Assembly: GCA_010909165.1 (NCBI GenBank)
Contig: MU008159.1
Span: 1,860,001 to 1,924,000 of the forward strand
Length of the DNA stretch: 64,000 nucleotides
Origin: Anthoceros angustus
Taxonomy: Eukaryota > Plantae > Anthocerotophyta
Direction: 5' to 3'
A model generated the notes under the pieces. It had not been told where the DNA came from and made no database searches. It saw only the letters and a list, made by a program, of their open reading frames with translations. Made by a program: the position numbers and the translations under genes. Below are positions 41,798-54,500 of this stretch, in pieces; the stretch's first letter is position 1; every line of letters begins with the position of its first letter.

Positions 41798-42266
41798 TTG
41801 GATTTGTTTGTTCGTTTTGAGAGTTGAGCGGTGGTGGCTTTGTTGTGGTGGAATGTAAATTTGGTTGTGTGAAGATGGTGTGCGCTACATGAGGCTGTAT
41901 GGCTGGCCTTGTGCGCCTGACGCCTTTGGATGGGCTGCGATAGCCCGGTAGCGTACATGGCGCTATGGGCACAAGGGCACATGCTGCGCGCATACAGCCC
42001 TGTCTCCCTCCTATCTCCCATAAAGCCACGGTGGCGGTTCGTGATGGCGGCGGGCGAGATGGGGTCATGCGAATGGATGTCCGATGGCCCATGCCCTCAC
42101 ACTAAAAGCGAAAACATTGTGTGTCACAACCACAAAAGATTCGACACAAACACCACATGTAGTCGAGATCGGGACCACGAGGCCGGGCCGATGTCGTCAA
42201 GTGTAACGAGTTTTCGCCGTATGCGGCGGAAAACTTCTTTGGTCACAATGGAAAAAAACCCTAAAG

Positions 42267-42294
42267 GGCTTCCTGACGAGATCGGTATTCCATA
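42267..42294 (-). repeat. Right terminal inverted repeat (28 bp)
   Basis: GGCTTCCTGACGAGATCGGTATTCCATA, followed immediately by CACAAG. Confidence 0.97.
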
Positions 42295-42590
42295 CACAAG
42301 CTGTGGGGTTGGATGCCTTGTCTTCCTCCTTCAGGCAGACCGCACACCTATGAAAAGATCCTTGAGTGCCTCAATTTGAGAATCAAACAACCAGTTATCC
42401 TAGGCGTCGTCAAAAAACAGGGCACTCAGCTCTGGAAAACTCCTCAACACAACACAGATTGTACTGTAAGACCACTACATATATAATCTCTGCATTTGGT
42501 ATAATTTCAAGGATTATAAATTATTCTCGATTTTTAAAAATTACTAGGTATATATATAAGTTTCCAATTAGAGAGGGATAATTGTGATGA

Positions 42591-43821
42591 ATGTTTGCTC
42601 TCCACAACTGGAGAGACAAGCTTCTCCGGGTGTCTTATCCCCAATCCCACAATGGAGTTCCAGGCGCACCAGGAGCACTCCCTGCAGCTTTGATGTCATC
42701 CGTGATTCCACCTGGTGCGCCCCGGAAGCCTGGCCCCGCGTCGCGTTCCTCCGGCCTGCCCCAGCCCCGGTCTACTCCCAAGCCCACAGCCATAGCCAGC
42801 CACATCCGTCCCCCAGCACCACCCTCACCCGAGACGTCAACACACACAGATGTCACAATGCAGGAAACAAGAAACACTGCCCACGACCTGTCGGAGGAGG
42901 ACCCGGACTCATCTCCGTCCGAGTGGGAGGACGACGACGAGGATTTCGACCCGACCCCAGATCCGTGGTCGTCTCCCCAGCATCCCGGCGCCGTCCGGGG
43001 CTCGGGTCTGCCCGTGCAGCAGGCGCACGCTCGCCTGCACCCCGGGACAGATCTCCTGTTGCCGTGGCACCTCCAACCCGCGCTGGGATGGCGGCGGCCG
43101 CACTGACCTCTGCGCAGGCGTTAACCCCGGCGCCCACACCCATCGCTGCATCGCGGCCTGCATCTGCCGTGTACGCCCGGGGGTCCCCTCACCGGACGCC
43201 ATCGCGTCCTGTGCGGGCAGGGGCCACCGCCGACTGCCTCATCGATCTCGTGCAGCCGGGGTGGCCCCCCAACAACCTGGTTGATCTTGACGTGGGCGTG
43301 GGCGTGGGCAGACCCGGTGGCCCTCGATGCAGATTGCTCTTGCGTTGCGTTAGCGAGGAGGACGGATTGCATTGTCGCGGACGGGGAAGCCAAGAGCCAG
43401 GGCTCGGACCATGGAAATCCACGTCAGGGCCACAACGGCATTTATGCACCGCTTGCAAAACCAGGCTGCTGGCCGGCGAAACTCGGGTTTTTTGGCTCTT
43501 TGCTCTTTTGTGGCGGTGACCGGGCTCGTGGCAGGTCACCGCCGTGGAGCCGTGGACGCGGCCGGTCGCAGGAGGGCGCACAATTTCGACCCCCCGCAGT
43601 GTCGTTGTGTCGTCGTAGGTTTAGCTCCGGTTAGCCGGTTGGCCATGGGGACCTGCCCTGCCCTGTTTGTGAAGAGCAGATCCAGATTTCTGCTGCCATT
43701 TTGTTTTTCTTCAATGGAAATGTGGCCTGCTTTCCGTACCGTTACATCTATAGCACTAAAGGAACACACTCTGCAAAACGCAAGTGAAGAGAGCTTTCAA
43801 CAATCCTATCAAGGATTGTGA
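42591..43821 (+). pseudogene. Unidentified GC-rich coding-like remnant (acidic N-terminal patch DSSPSEWEDDDEDFD)
   Basis: A GC-rich island with protein-like segments in shifting frames. No family was recognised. Confidence 0.3.
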
Positions 43822-44770
43822 GTGGCTTTTGGATATGGTAGAAATGTTCACCCTTTTAGGCTGCATACTGATCAGATCCCAATAATCTTGGATACAATAC
43901 AAAGCTTACGGAAAGCTGTATTTCTGGGTCTTTTTTCTAAAATAAAATACAATTACAGTAAGATAATACATGAAAATTCATTTTCAGCCCTGTATCGCAA
44001 ATACATCCTCGTCCATATGAGGTTAATAGTAATTATATGAGAATATATATAATAAATTTCAAATTTATCATGGAGATAAATTTGTTATCAAACATGTTTA
44101 GCAGTCAACAAAGGGTATAGAGCGTGGTTAGATTATTACATATGTTTGTTGATAAACCTAAAACTTAAACCCTTGTTGTAATTATGTAGGGAGTGCGTGT
44201 CATTTACATTTATATATATTGCACGAACGTGAAAGTTAATGAGATGGTTGTTCAAATTCATTTTCCTTCTTACATATCGTTAGATTGGAGTTCAAGTTCA
44301 TGCGACAGGAACTCACAATAGCATCCAATGTGTATAAGGCATAAACAAAAGTAGCAACACATATAATTTATACACATCATATTAGGTAGGTTACTTGCTC
44401 TTATATGTATAAATATCTTATAGAAATTGCTATACTCTACAAATATATTAACACTAGAATCACTGAATGGCATGTTTTATCAATTGCTCTAATAATATGT
44501 AAGTTACTTGATGATCGGTTTAGCTACATGAGATAGAGAAAAGCCATGCATCGTGATCTTGTATTTCTTGTCACAAAATCAGTAATGTCCTACCTTCTCT
44601 TATTTTGGCTTCATGTGTTTATCCTTTATCATACTTAGTATTCAATATCACCCTAGGGCCTTAGTATTCATCTAATTCTTTTTGCTTACCAGCTTTGGTG
44701 TTAATTTAGTACCTGCTGTCACCTCAAGGCGTTGGTGTTCATCTAATACTTTCGATGATGTCTCTAAGGG

Positions 44771-44934
44771 AATCAACAGTTGAGTTAATCAACTTTAAAT
44801 TGTTCTGCAAAAGTTCATGTGCATATTTCAGTGACATACACTCACACACTAAAAGAATCAACCGTTGAGTTAATCAACTTTAAATCGTTCTACAAAAGTT
44901 CATGTGCAGATTTCAGTGGGATACACTCACACAC
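44771..44934. repeat. 85-bp tandem duplication
   Basis: AATCAAC(A/C)GTTGAGTTAATCAACTTTAAAT starts at 44771 and 44856. Confidence 0.9.
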
Positions 44935-46470
44935 AACATTATGCATCTCTTACAAGCATAATAGGCTAACAAGTGTAGATTTGTACGTACCTCTCTAGAG
45001 GTACAAGGTTTCTTTTGTAGAAAATTTATTTGTTGGTTTTTGGATGTCGTATTGTATCCAAACCTTGTCCGTTGGTTTGTCATGAGTTTTGTCAATTGGG
45101 TTACCATTGCACGTTCCAACTCTGGGAGTCCTGCATAAGACAATCTAACTCGGGTCAGGTTTGTCTTGATGGGTAAGTAATGGAAATACTTCATACGGGA
45201 GATATATTCATGATCTTACTTGGTAAATCGTGTAAATTACAATTTAAGGAAATCAATGAGTCCATCAATATTGGAATATTCGCCTCAATTATTTCAGCTC
45301 GCCACCTATATGATTAGAAACATACATGCACTTGTGACTGGTTGAAAATTCTCGTCTCTCTCTGAGAATCCTCACATTCACAAGCATGCATGCAAATATG
45401 TGCCCTCGTATACTCATCCAATTTCTTACCATGTGCCTTGAAGTGGCTTGGTCCCAAGGGCATGCTCCATTTCCATCATTTCCTCGGTGCTTGTTCTAAC
45501 AGATAATATAATATTCTTGCATGTTTGATGATAAATTAACTTATCAAAGGTGGTCATCTCCCTAGCAAGATCCTCATAAGAAGCACACTCAAGGGTGGTC
45601 TCCATAATGTTCACAAAGTCCGAAATCTTCTCTAATCTCTTCTGTATTTGAAACACATGTATACATTACTTACATAGCGATATTATATATGGATATTATA
45701 TATGATCAATCAGGTGCTGAGCACGGCAGAACAATGCACCTTTAACCTTTGAAAATTCTATAGTACCTTACAAAGTTGAGCCCAATCCTCAAAAACTTGA
45801 CTATCATATTTATCAATGTCACATTCAAGTAACCATTCTAGCCTTATAATGGCTAATTGTAGCTCATCCAACATCTGTAATTGTGATTTCAATAATCTCC
45901 CGTCTCCTAGCAGGTATGTGAATTTCAAATCTACTACACAACACAGAATTTGGTTTGAGGCTCTCACAATTGTGTATTACATATGTTTGCTCCATGAAAT
46001 TTGCATAGGTCAACAAGAATGAGCTCACCTAATGGATGAGCAGTCTTGCTCGCCTTATTATGTAAGGATCGATACATGCCACTAATACGTCGATATGTTC
46101 TCATTAGAAACCTAACGTCCTCTACAAATAGTATAATACAGATATAGGTGTCACCAATCTTTTCATAAGCTTTCTCCAATTGCGATCTATGTGGAACAAG
46201 TGTACAGACCATATCAATAGACTTATCATGTCGTGCTATCCCTCCAACATAATTCAAATAGCCCCAAACCTTGGTGCAAGTATTCAATTAGCTCACCTTG
46301 TGGGTGCCACAATAGTGTCCTGAATTGTTGCATCCAATATGTCATGGCATTCGAGAGATTCTACTCCAAGCGCTTTCATACCCTCCACCAATCTCGGGAA
46401 GAACTTTATCATACCAGCCACCGATTCCCCCAATTCCCGGAACCGCTCAAGTGCATCCATGTGTGACCTA
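44913..46470 (-). pseudogene. AT-rich decayed coding remnant, unidentified
   Basis: A string of collinear minus-strand ORFs (45964-46287, 45758-45967, 45426-45656, 44913-45194) with protein-like composition. No family was assigned. Confidence 0.3.
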
Positions 46471-47216
46471 CAAACCTACAACCATCAACTCTGGTTGATC
46501 TCACGGTTGTAGGCGGAAGTGCTGGTTGTACACCTCTAGAGACAATGGTTTGTCATTAGGCTAGTGTCCTTGTACACCTCTAGAGAAAATGGTTTGACAT
46601 CATGCTATTGTCCTGGTCTCAATACTTTTATCATGCCACTAATTTATACTTCCTCTCAGTGAGATGATACTCATTAACTTATGGTTTTATCATGCTACGA
46701 GTTAACACTTCCTCTCAATGAAATAATTCTCATTAACTTATGTTAATCAGGTATAGAAACACCACACTGTATAAATAAAAGTTTTTATTAGTATTATAAT
46801 TAGGAATTCCAACACAGTTGAAGTTGAATTGCCAAGAGTCGACAGTCGACACGGGACGGGACGGGACGGATGTGAGTCTAATCGAGGTTTATACCGTCGC
46901 CTTCTACCCCGGCTGCTGCTCCGACCTCGGATTCGGCGATTCGGCCTCGTCGCCTCCAGCTACTGGCGCAACTCCCGCGAAATCCAGCTGCACGTCGGGA
47001 CATCCGACTCCTCCTTCTCGAACTGTCAGACCCAGACCCGCAGCAGCAGAACACCGCCGTCGCCAGCCCCTACTTCCCTCGTCACCTTCCCGACCTACAC
47101 CTCCGCCCCGCACTCCTTGGACGCCTACTTCCAGACCTGGCCCTCGTCCAACTGCGCCTTCCCGTTCACGGGTGCCATGCGGGCCGCCGACATCCAGGCG
47201 CTCGCCTTCTTCCTCG

Positions 47217-50200
47217 TCAAGCTTGCATGAATGGCTTCCCGTCCTCGCCTCGGGAAGCTAAGCAAAGCAACACATCACCGTCGTCTGCACTGCTTGTTTC
47301 ATCAGCACGTACATACACAGTGTGATGAATTCTGATGAGCACGTAGATACATATTATCTTCGTATCAGTGTCGATTGAAGTTCCTTCGCTGCGTAGCCAC
47401 GTCTCTTCCAACTTTGATCTACCAGCACACAATATTCCACACCATAGGTATTTGCTTCTAAGCTCCGTCTGACCTGCTCATTCCCCTCTCGCTGGATCTC
47501 CCTCTCTCGGATGAAGCAAGTCGTTCCGCTCTGATGGCGGGATCCGCCCATCCCCCGTCCCCCGGCTCATTGCGGTGTCCCTGGACTGTCCCACGAAACA
47601 ACGCTCTTTGCCTGCGTACTTGCCGCTGGAAAAGAGCGTTGTTTCGTGGGAGAGTCCTCCTTGCAGACCACTGCAGACGTGATTGGATAACCTCACGTTA
47701 CAAGGTCACGCAAGTGAGGAGAATCCAACATGGAGATGGCGGGCAGAGACATGCGTTTCTTGTCACATTCGGCCTCAGCTATCCGCGATGCACCAGAATT
47801 TGAACGAAGCCTGCCTACCATACCTGATTCCTTGCGGCCAGTCCCGGCTTTCGACCCTAGGTCTCAGCCAGACAAGTATGTAGGTACAAGAAGTGCTGAG
47901 AGACACGATTCAACAACGCTGGAGACATCCAAAGTAGATTACAAGTAGTCTGTATGTACCTCTTTGATGACCTTAACCACGCCAATTTTACTTCCCCCTT
48001 TGATGGGTGAAGTTCGGTACCCAACGTCGGGGCCTCTCTTGTCAGATCTTTTACAGAGGTGGGCCATTCACGCACACGTCATGCACCTAAAGGTACAAGG
48101 AAGTGTGAAAGGTCTCTCCCAGCAAGCCAGTGCCCGCCACAAACATAACACAGGCGACAGAAGCACCTACCCGTTGCATTTTCCACCAGCCAGTTCCTCA
48201 TCAAAGTAGCTCAGCAACATCTTCGCTGTTCATGTGCTTGTTGAGATCCCGCACCTGCGTAGGATGCACGGGCCATCAGCAATACAGTGGAGCACCTTTC
48301 AAATAGCTATATTGATCCCAGCCTGAGGCAATCTGTTGCTTTCTGCAGATATGCTTACAAGGGAGGCATTGAAAGACCTTACTCGTATACCTCAGACAGC
48401 ATCTCAAGAGCACGCTTTGTGTGCAGGAAATATCTGCTGCGGCTTGGCAGAAGACAAAGGGAGAGACGTCAGGATACAGAACAGTCCTACTGTGTGCTGC
48501 TTGGGTGCAGGAGGACTGTTCTGTAACCTGACTTCTCCCTTCGCCTAGGCATCATGACGTTGAACCAATAGACGCTCCGCTGCATCCGCTGGCCAGAAAC
48601 CTACGGCAATACGCAGACAACCCATCCCTCGCAGCTCTTCCAGCCTCTAGAAAGTATGCTTCCAATCTCTGCAGCAGGAGCAACCTAGGGCTCATCATAT
48701 CTCAAACTTTCTTTACAATGAAGACATTACCTGTGGCCATCCATAATGAATCACGGTCCTAACCTTACGCTTGGCAGTTCCCAAACACCTCTTCCACCCT
48801 CCCCCGCCGCCTCCCCACCAAAAGCATTCGTTGCCACAATTATCCGCATAAGATTCCAATTCAAATGCACGCAACTATGCTTCAAAGCCTCCATGGATAG
48901 GATGAAACCGGGCACGACAAGCTTGAGGCTGTGTCTGCAATGTATAATGCAATTTAGGTCTATCTTACTGTGCATCTAGAACTCCTGTAACTAAATGGTG
49001 TGCATACCTGCAGGGATCCTGCTTGAAACTTCTTGTCAACTTCTTTCCGTCCTTCTGAAAACATGTCCTTAATTTGAAGAACCCTGTAGGTCCTTCGGAC
49101 TGAATTGGGTCCGGAGGACCGACAGGTTTCTACAAATGAGAGACATTTTTTCAGTCCACATAGCCGGCACCAGTATCAGAAGACCACCATTGCAACAGAC
49201 CTGCTCAAGCCAGAGCTACCTGTATTCAGGTTGAAATCTCCCCCACTTGGAAACACAGTGAGCCTCATCAATGACAAACAGTGCAATTCCACGCTTTCGT
49301 GTTCGAGCTCTTGAAGTTCATTCATCAATCTGCATTCAAGCGAGTGACAAGTTTTGGAATGAATAGCAGTTATCATTCAGGACATCCCTTCTGCTGCTAA
49401 TCCGCAAAAAGTTCAGGTAGTAGCCAATGAAGTGTACTAGTTGCTTACGGTGCAATAGTCTCTGGTCAAAGATACACAATACAATGAGTGCCATCCATGG
49501 CATTCTTTTCAACCTGACCATCTGGCTGAGCAGAGCCAAGATAGCAAGCAGATATGCCATGCCTTGCAAGGTGCATACATTGATCACTCATAAGACTTAT
49601 CAAGGGTGAGATGACAATTACACTACCAGAGATCAAGAGCTCCAAGGTAGGCATGATCACGTTCACAAGATAGACCACCTTTGCAGCGTTAGTGCAAACC
49701 CAAGCCAGTTGCAGCAAGAACAAAGCAATCACACTGAGCAGCCCACGCTTCTAGAGCCTCCCTCTGAAAATCCTTCAAGTCCTTCAAGTCTCTCCTCCCA
49801 AAGTGCATTTGCAGTACTTGCTGTGCACCTGTACACGGATCCCCACAAGTTGCTGAGGCATTTGTATTTATTCCCTGACTATCCACCCTGCTATGCTACC
49901 GGGAAATTTTCAGATCCTTTGAAGTCGCTTCTTCTTTCTGAATCTTCCAGGATGCCAGCAGAGCCATCACTTCCATAATGGTCTGCTTGCCTTTACTTTT
50001 TCCAACAAGCATTGGCTATCCGAGAGCCGGATATCTTTGCTTCTTCCGAGGAGTCAGCTCGAGGTTCCACAAGGATTTACTCAGCCAGCGTTTCAGGTAT
50101 TTCCGTAGGAGAAGAGTTGGTACCGATGTCCTTTTCTCTGGTAATGAGTCAGAAGGACAACCAGACGTCGAACTGGGAGCTTCATCATCGTTCTCGAAAT

Positions 50201-50440
50201 TTGCAGCTGTTCCGTCAGACTGGCCCGACTGCAAACACAGGGTAGAAGCAAGTCGGAAGGCCAGAAATCATCCCTGCAATGAGTACAACCATCTGCAGGC
50301 ACAGTCTTTCCCAGATCGAAATACCAATCCACCCTGACCACCTCTCAAGAGTCCCGACTGCAAAAACAATGACTCAGGTGGGAATACCAAGCGATCTCGC
50401 AAACTAATTGGTGTCGCGGTTTGTCACCGATTGCCATGAT
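47217..50440 (-). pseudogene. RECQSIM: RecQsim-type RecQ helicase, disrupted
   Basis: Collinear with the plant RECQSIM: DFQREALEAWAAQCDCFVLAATG; VIVISPLISLMSDQCMHLARHGISACYLGSAQPD; YL*PETI (stop where Cys is expected); GIALFVIDEAHCVSKWG (frameshifted); IIVATNAFG; VRTVIHYGWPQ; LEAYFLEAGRAARDG; AKMLLSYFDEE; DVCVNGPP. The KSLCFQIP segment was not found. Ends are approximate. Confidence 0.85.
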
Positions 50441-50929
50441 AATGCAGAGCATTCAAGGACCTCGCGCGTGTTCATCGTCCTTTCCCGCTCGAATGGAGTG
50501 TTGACAGAACTGAACTAATCTCGATTCACAAGCTAGGTTCTGAATTTTAATTCAAAACCGTACATCACATATTCTCGGCTGCCCAACGGCGTGCATAGTC
50601 TCATTGAAATCATCTCCCTGAGCACTGAAAGGTGTCGTCCTTCATGGTCTCGCTCCTTGGGAAACCGGCGCCCCAGAACACACGTCCCCGCCCTAAGGGG
50701 TCTTTCCCACCAATCTGTTCTGAGATGTGAGTCTTTGTTGCTGGTGACGTCTTGTAGAATTCTGCAATTCTCGTCACAGGCCGGAGAATCTCAAACCAAT
50801 TGTACAGCCGATTGCTGTCGAGATTGTTCATGAGTATCCGAGCTGTGAGTCGTACTCAACTCGTTACACACGACTGCTTCCACATACCTACACTCATGGA
50901 AGCAGTCTGTGCAATTGAGCTGCTCTTCA

Positions 50930-50975
50930 CTTGCAATTGCACGTATGTATCTAGATACATACGTGCAATTGCAAG
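50930..50975. repeat. Perfect 46-bp palindrome, no spacer
   Basis: CTTGCAATTGCACGTATGTATCT|AGATACATACGTGCAATTGCAAG. Both strands translate to CNCTYVSRYIRAIAS in the ORF track. Confidence 0.97.
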
Positions 50976-51335
50976 CTGGTGAATTTTGAGATACATACAC
51001 ATGCAGTATTTTCGTGAAGGTTGTGGTTATTAAGCTCTAAATCTTAATGAGTATGTAGATTAGGTAGATGGAGATACCATCAGGGCAAGTAGCCCACTAT
51101 GTACATCGCTATGCACGGAGCTGGTATTGCCAATATTTACTTTGCTAATGCAACGGTAACGATGCAAAAGCTCAATGCTTGGTTCTCGCTTTCTGAATAT
51201 GGCAGATCAATTTTAATTTCTCTAAGTATTAAAGAGGTTTATTTAAAATTAAATCTTATTATTTTAAAATAAAATATATTACGAAAGCCTGAGGAGTGAG
51301 TCATAAGGCAGAAGTAAGCAAGCCGGGCCCAGCAT

Positions 51336-51530
51336 AAGAAAGCTAAGTCCCAAAGCATAACTCCACTACTCCATCTAATCAACTCACTCTAGGTTTGTCA
51401 TTAAAGCAAACCCAGAGTAAGAAAGCTAAGCCCCATAGTCCCAAAGCACAACTCCACTACTCCATCTAATCAACTCACTCTAGGTTTGTCATTAAAGCAA
51501 ACCCAGAGTAAGAAAGCTAAGCCCCATAGC
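51336..51530. repeat. ~93-bp tandem duplication
   Basis: CCCAAAGCA(T/C)AACTCCACTACTCCATCTAATCAACTCACTCTAGGTTTGTCATTAAAGCAAACCCAGAGTAAGAAAGCTAAG occurs twice. Confidence 0.9.
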
Positions 51531-54500
51531 ACCCATCATCCGCCTCCTCTAGGTTTATCATTAATTAAGTCCAGCTGTTCTCAATAGCCAGTGAATAAGC
51601 TCAACCATAGCACCCTGTGGAGGAAGAGCCAAAGGATGGCCTTCAGCTGCGTTAGGTTGTGTTGTTTTACGACAAACCAAAGCCGGAACTATCTACACAT
51701 CATCGTTGAACTTGAAGGCCGTTGAGTAGGCTGTTGTTGAAGTTATAACGCACGGTTAAGGTTCCTAGAATTACCTGTGCTTTGAGAGTTATTTGGTGGA
51801 AGAATCCCGCATGCACGCAAGAGATAGCTTGTGGGTTATGGCGAAACCTGCCCAGTAAGACGTATAGACCAGGTGACCTGCTGTGTAACACAACGCTTTC
51901 AAAGGTACAACAAGGAAGCCTACCACACGTTGCGAGTGTACTAGTACCATTAAGACTGTGCCTGGACCTAGAGCGCTAGACAGCTACCTACGTGGAGCGA
52001 GGAGCAAGTAGGCAGGTTTGGAGGGAAGGTTTAGATGTGGTCAAAATGAGGGCAGAGTCAAAACATTAATTATGATTTTTGTGCCTGCCTGCCTGCCTGC
52101 CTGCCTGCCTGCTGCTCAGGCATCTCCGGAAGAGAATTGTTTGTATCAATTGTTGCTCATCAAGGGAAGCAGAGCATCTTCTTCCCCACTGTGACTGCAC
52201 TGCTTGCAACGGGGAACAGAAGGGACCACTGGGAGATTCTCGCCATCACCGAGGCCGGGGCAGCTGTAAGTAGGAAACAAACAGGCTGCCTACCTCATGA
52301 AGCCTTCAGCATTCCACATTTCCGTGGAGCTGAGCTGAACAGCTAGCCAATGTTGACAGGCAGGGACGTGGGTGACAGCCGAGTCGCAGAGTACAGCACA
52401 GCACAGCATGGTTAGGGGTGGGAGTAAATTAAGCAGAGGAAGAGTACGAGCAATTGCATTGCACAAGGTCTGAAGAACACGCTTCTCTATCTATGACAAG
52501 CTGGGACAAGCGGGGATTGGGTTGCTGTAGCCTGGATGTGAGAGTGTGGAGAGAGAAGGAGGTGCAGTGCAAGGTTAAAAAAAGGTTTCTGCGGCTACTA
52601 ATATTCAATGCTCTGCGCCTCCCTGTTGACTGGTCGTGTCGCATTGATGGAAGAAGGCGTAGGAGATGGAGGAGGAAAGAGCAGATGGAAGGCACCTGGC
52701 ATGGTGCACGCATGCAGAAGAAGAGGCCTGGGAGAGGCATAGATGCTTGCGTGAGTCGACTCTCTTCATGCTTCCTGCACCCCATGTTTCCTGCAGCCTA
52801 TTGGGTGGGGAAATTAGATGGTGGGGCGCAGTCAAGATTAATTGCTGCAGCTTTACGGGAAAGCATGGGAGCATGAGAGGCACGAGGGTCAACTTGGATG
52901 CGGGATCGCAGGCAGATCCCCCTGAAGGAAATGCAAAAGAAAGGGCGGGGCAGAGAAAGAGGGAGAGAAAGAAGGGCAATCATTGAACGCACTCCACCCA
53001 AGGTCCTGGCCCTGCCTGCAGCCTGCCTTCTTCTCTCTTCTGCTGCTGCTTTCCCCTCTGGCACCTGTGGTGCAAGATTCCGTGTAGGCCAGGCTCCTTT
53101 CCTCTATTCCATCCAACGGGCCGTCGGTGTTCTGGTGTTGGGAGTTGTTTGTGGCGGGGCAGGGCAAGCAGCGAATCCCATCATTGGACCAAGCAGCCCC
53201 TGACTGCTGTTTTCGGGGTCAATGGCCCGCCAGCTGGAGCTGTCGTCGGGGAGCCATGGCCCATGGGGGACCAGGAAGAGTCATCACCCCATTCAATGGC
53301 TCCTGGGTGAAGGCCTCCCGAGTCCCGACCGTCATCAGGTCTCAGTTCGCTGTATGTATGCATGTGACGAAACATACTGGAATGGGAAGAGTGGGAGGCT
53401 GGAGGGCCCAGCTTGAAAGCCACACAAGAGCCAGCCCCACCGTGAGCTCATCCGACACTCCCCATGGGCCATGATCCATTCACAACGCACAGCCTAGGCA
53501 GGTAAGCCACCATGAGCAACCAATCCCATCACCAGCACAGAATCCCTGGTTTTTGTCCAGCCCAGGAGGCAGTTATTACGACAGTCGAGTGCGGCTGTGC
53601 TGTTGCCGATGTCCGCTCACAGGAAGCCCATCTTCCAAACTGCATATATGCCAATCCAACAAGCATACATACCTTCCACCAGATCGAGGGGAATGATGCA
53701 CTTCAGCCAGTTCGTTACGAGAGCCCAAGGAAAGTACAGCTTCGGTCTGGGCTTGCCGAGATTTGTCTCTTCCACCGCCTTTGTCTTGAGCCCTTTTGTC
53801 CACACCACCCGTTCATTCCCCAGTTTCCACAAATTGCCACCCTGATGGTGCTGCTGCTGCTGCTGCAACAGCAACAGCTGTGGGGGAGAGAGGCTGTGCC
53901 TGCCTGCCATGCATGGCTCGTGGGTCAACAGCTGGAAGATCATCATCCCTAATCCACCATCTGCCATGGCTACAGCAAGCAGCAGGAACAGGCAGAGGCA
54001 GAGGCAGAGGCAGAGGCAGCGGCAGAGGCACACAGGACAGTACCATCGTCAGTCTCCCTGCTTCCAAGCCATAGCTGGCCGCTTCCATCCCAAGTACAGG
54101 CCGTGCCGTGACATGACACCCTCACCCTCTCGGCTGTGAGCTGGTAGGGGAGAATCAACCCCTGTGGCCCTGTCAGGTGACATGGCGTTGGCCACAGGGG
54201 GGAAGTTGTGTGCGCAGCACCCCACTCCACCCCCCGTCGTCCCTCCTCCCTCTGGATCGGGGCAGGCCGCAATGATGTGCTGCTGCGCGGGTCCTGGGCT
54301 TGGCTTGCCTGGCAGAAGCATCCCATGCTCTGCCTGCCTGGCTGTGATGCCAAGTGGCTAGCCCCAGGAGGCAGCGGATTTGCTGGGGACCGATCCCCAC
54401 AGTGGTAGATCAAATCTACATTGGAACGCAACCAGGAGCACATTGCCTACATAGTACATAGGCTACTGTAGCTGCGAACCAAGACCAGTCCACAGTTGTC

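Larger units (their letters stand above)
14448..42294. mobile_element. Giant (27,847 bp) TIR DNA transposon, IS3EU-like
   Basis: Perfect 28-bp TIRs (TATGGAATACCGATCTCGTCAGGAAGCC at 14448-14475; reverse complement at 42267-42294). Exact 6-bp TSD CACAAG (14442-14447 and 42295-42300). DDE integrase-core remnant at ~40.0-41.3 kb. Confidence 0.88.

Noticed and set aside
47217-50440. RecQ helicase as transposon cargo (AcademH-like)
   Set aside because: It lies about 5 kb outside the right TIR and follows the plant host RECQSIM sequence and exon order.
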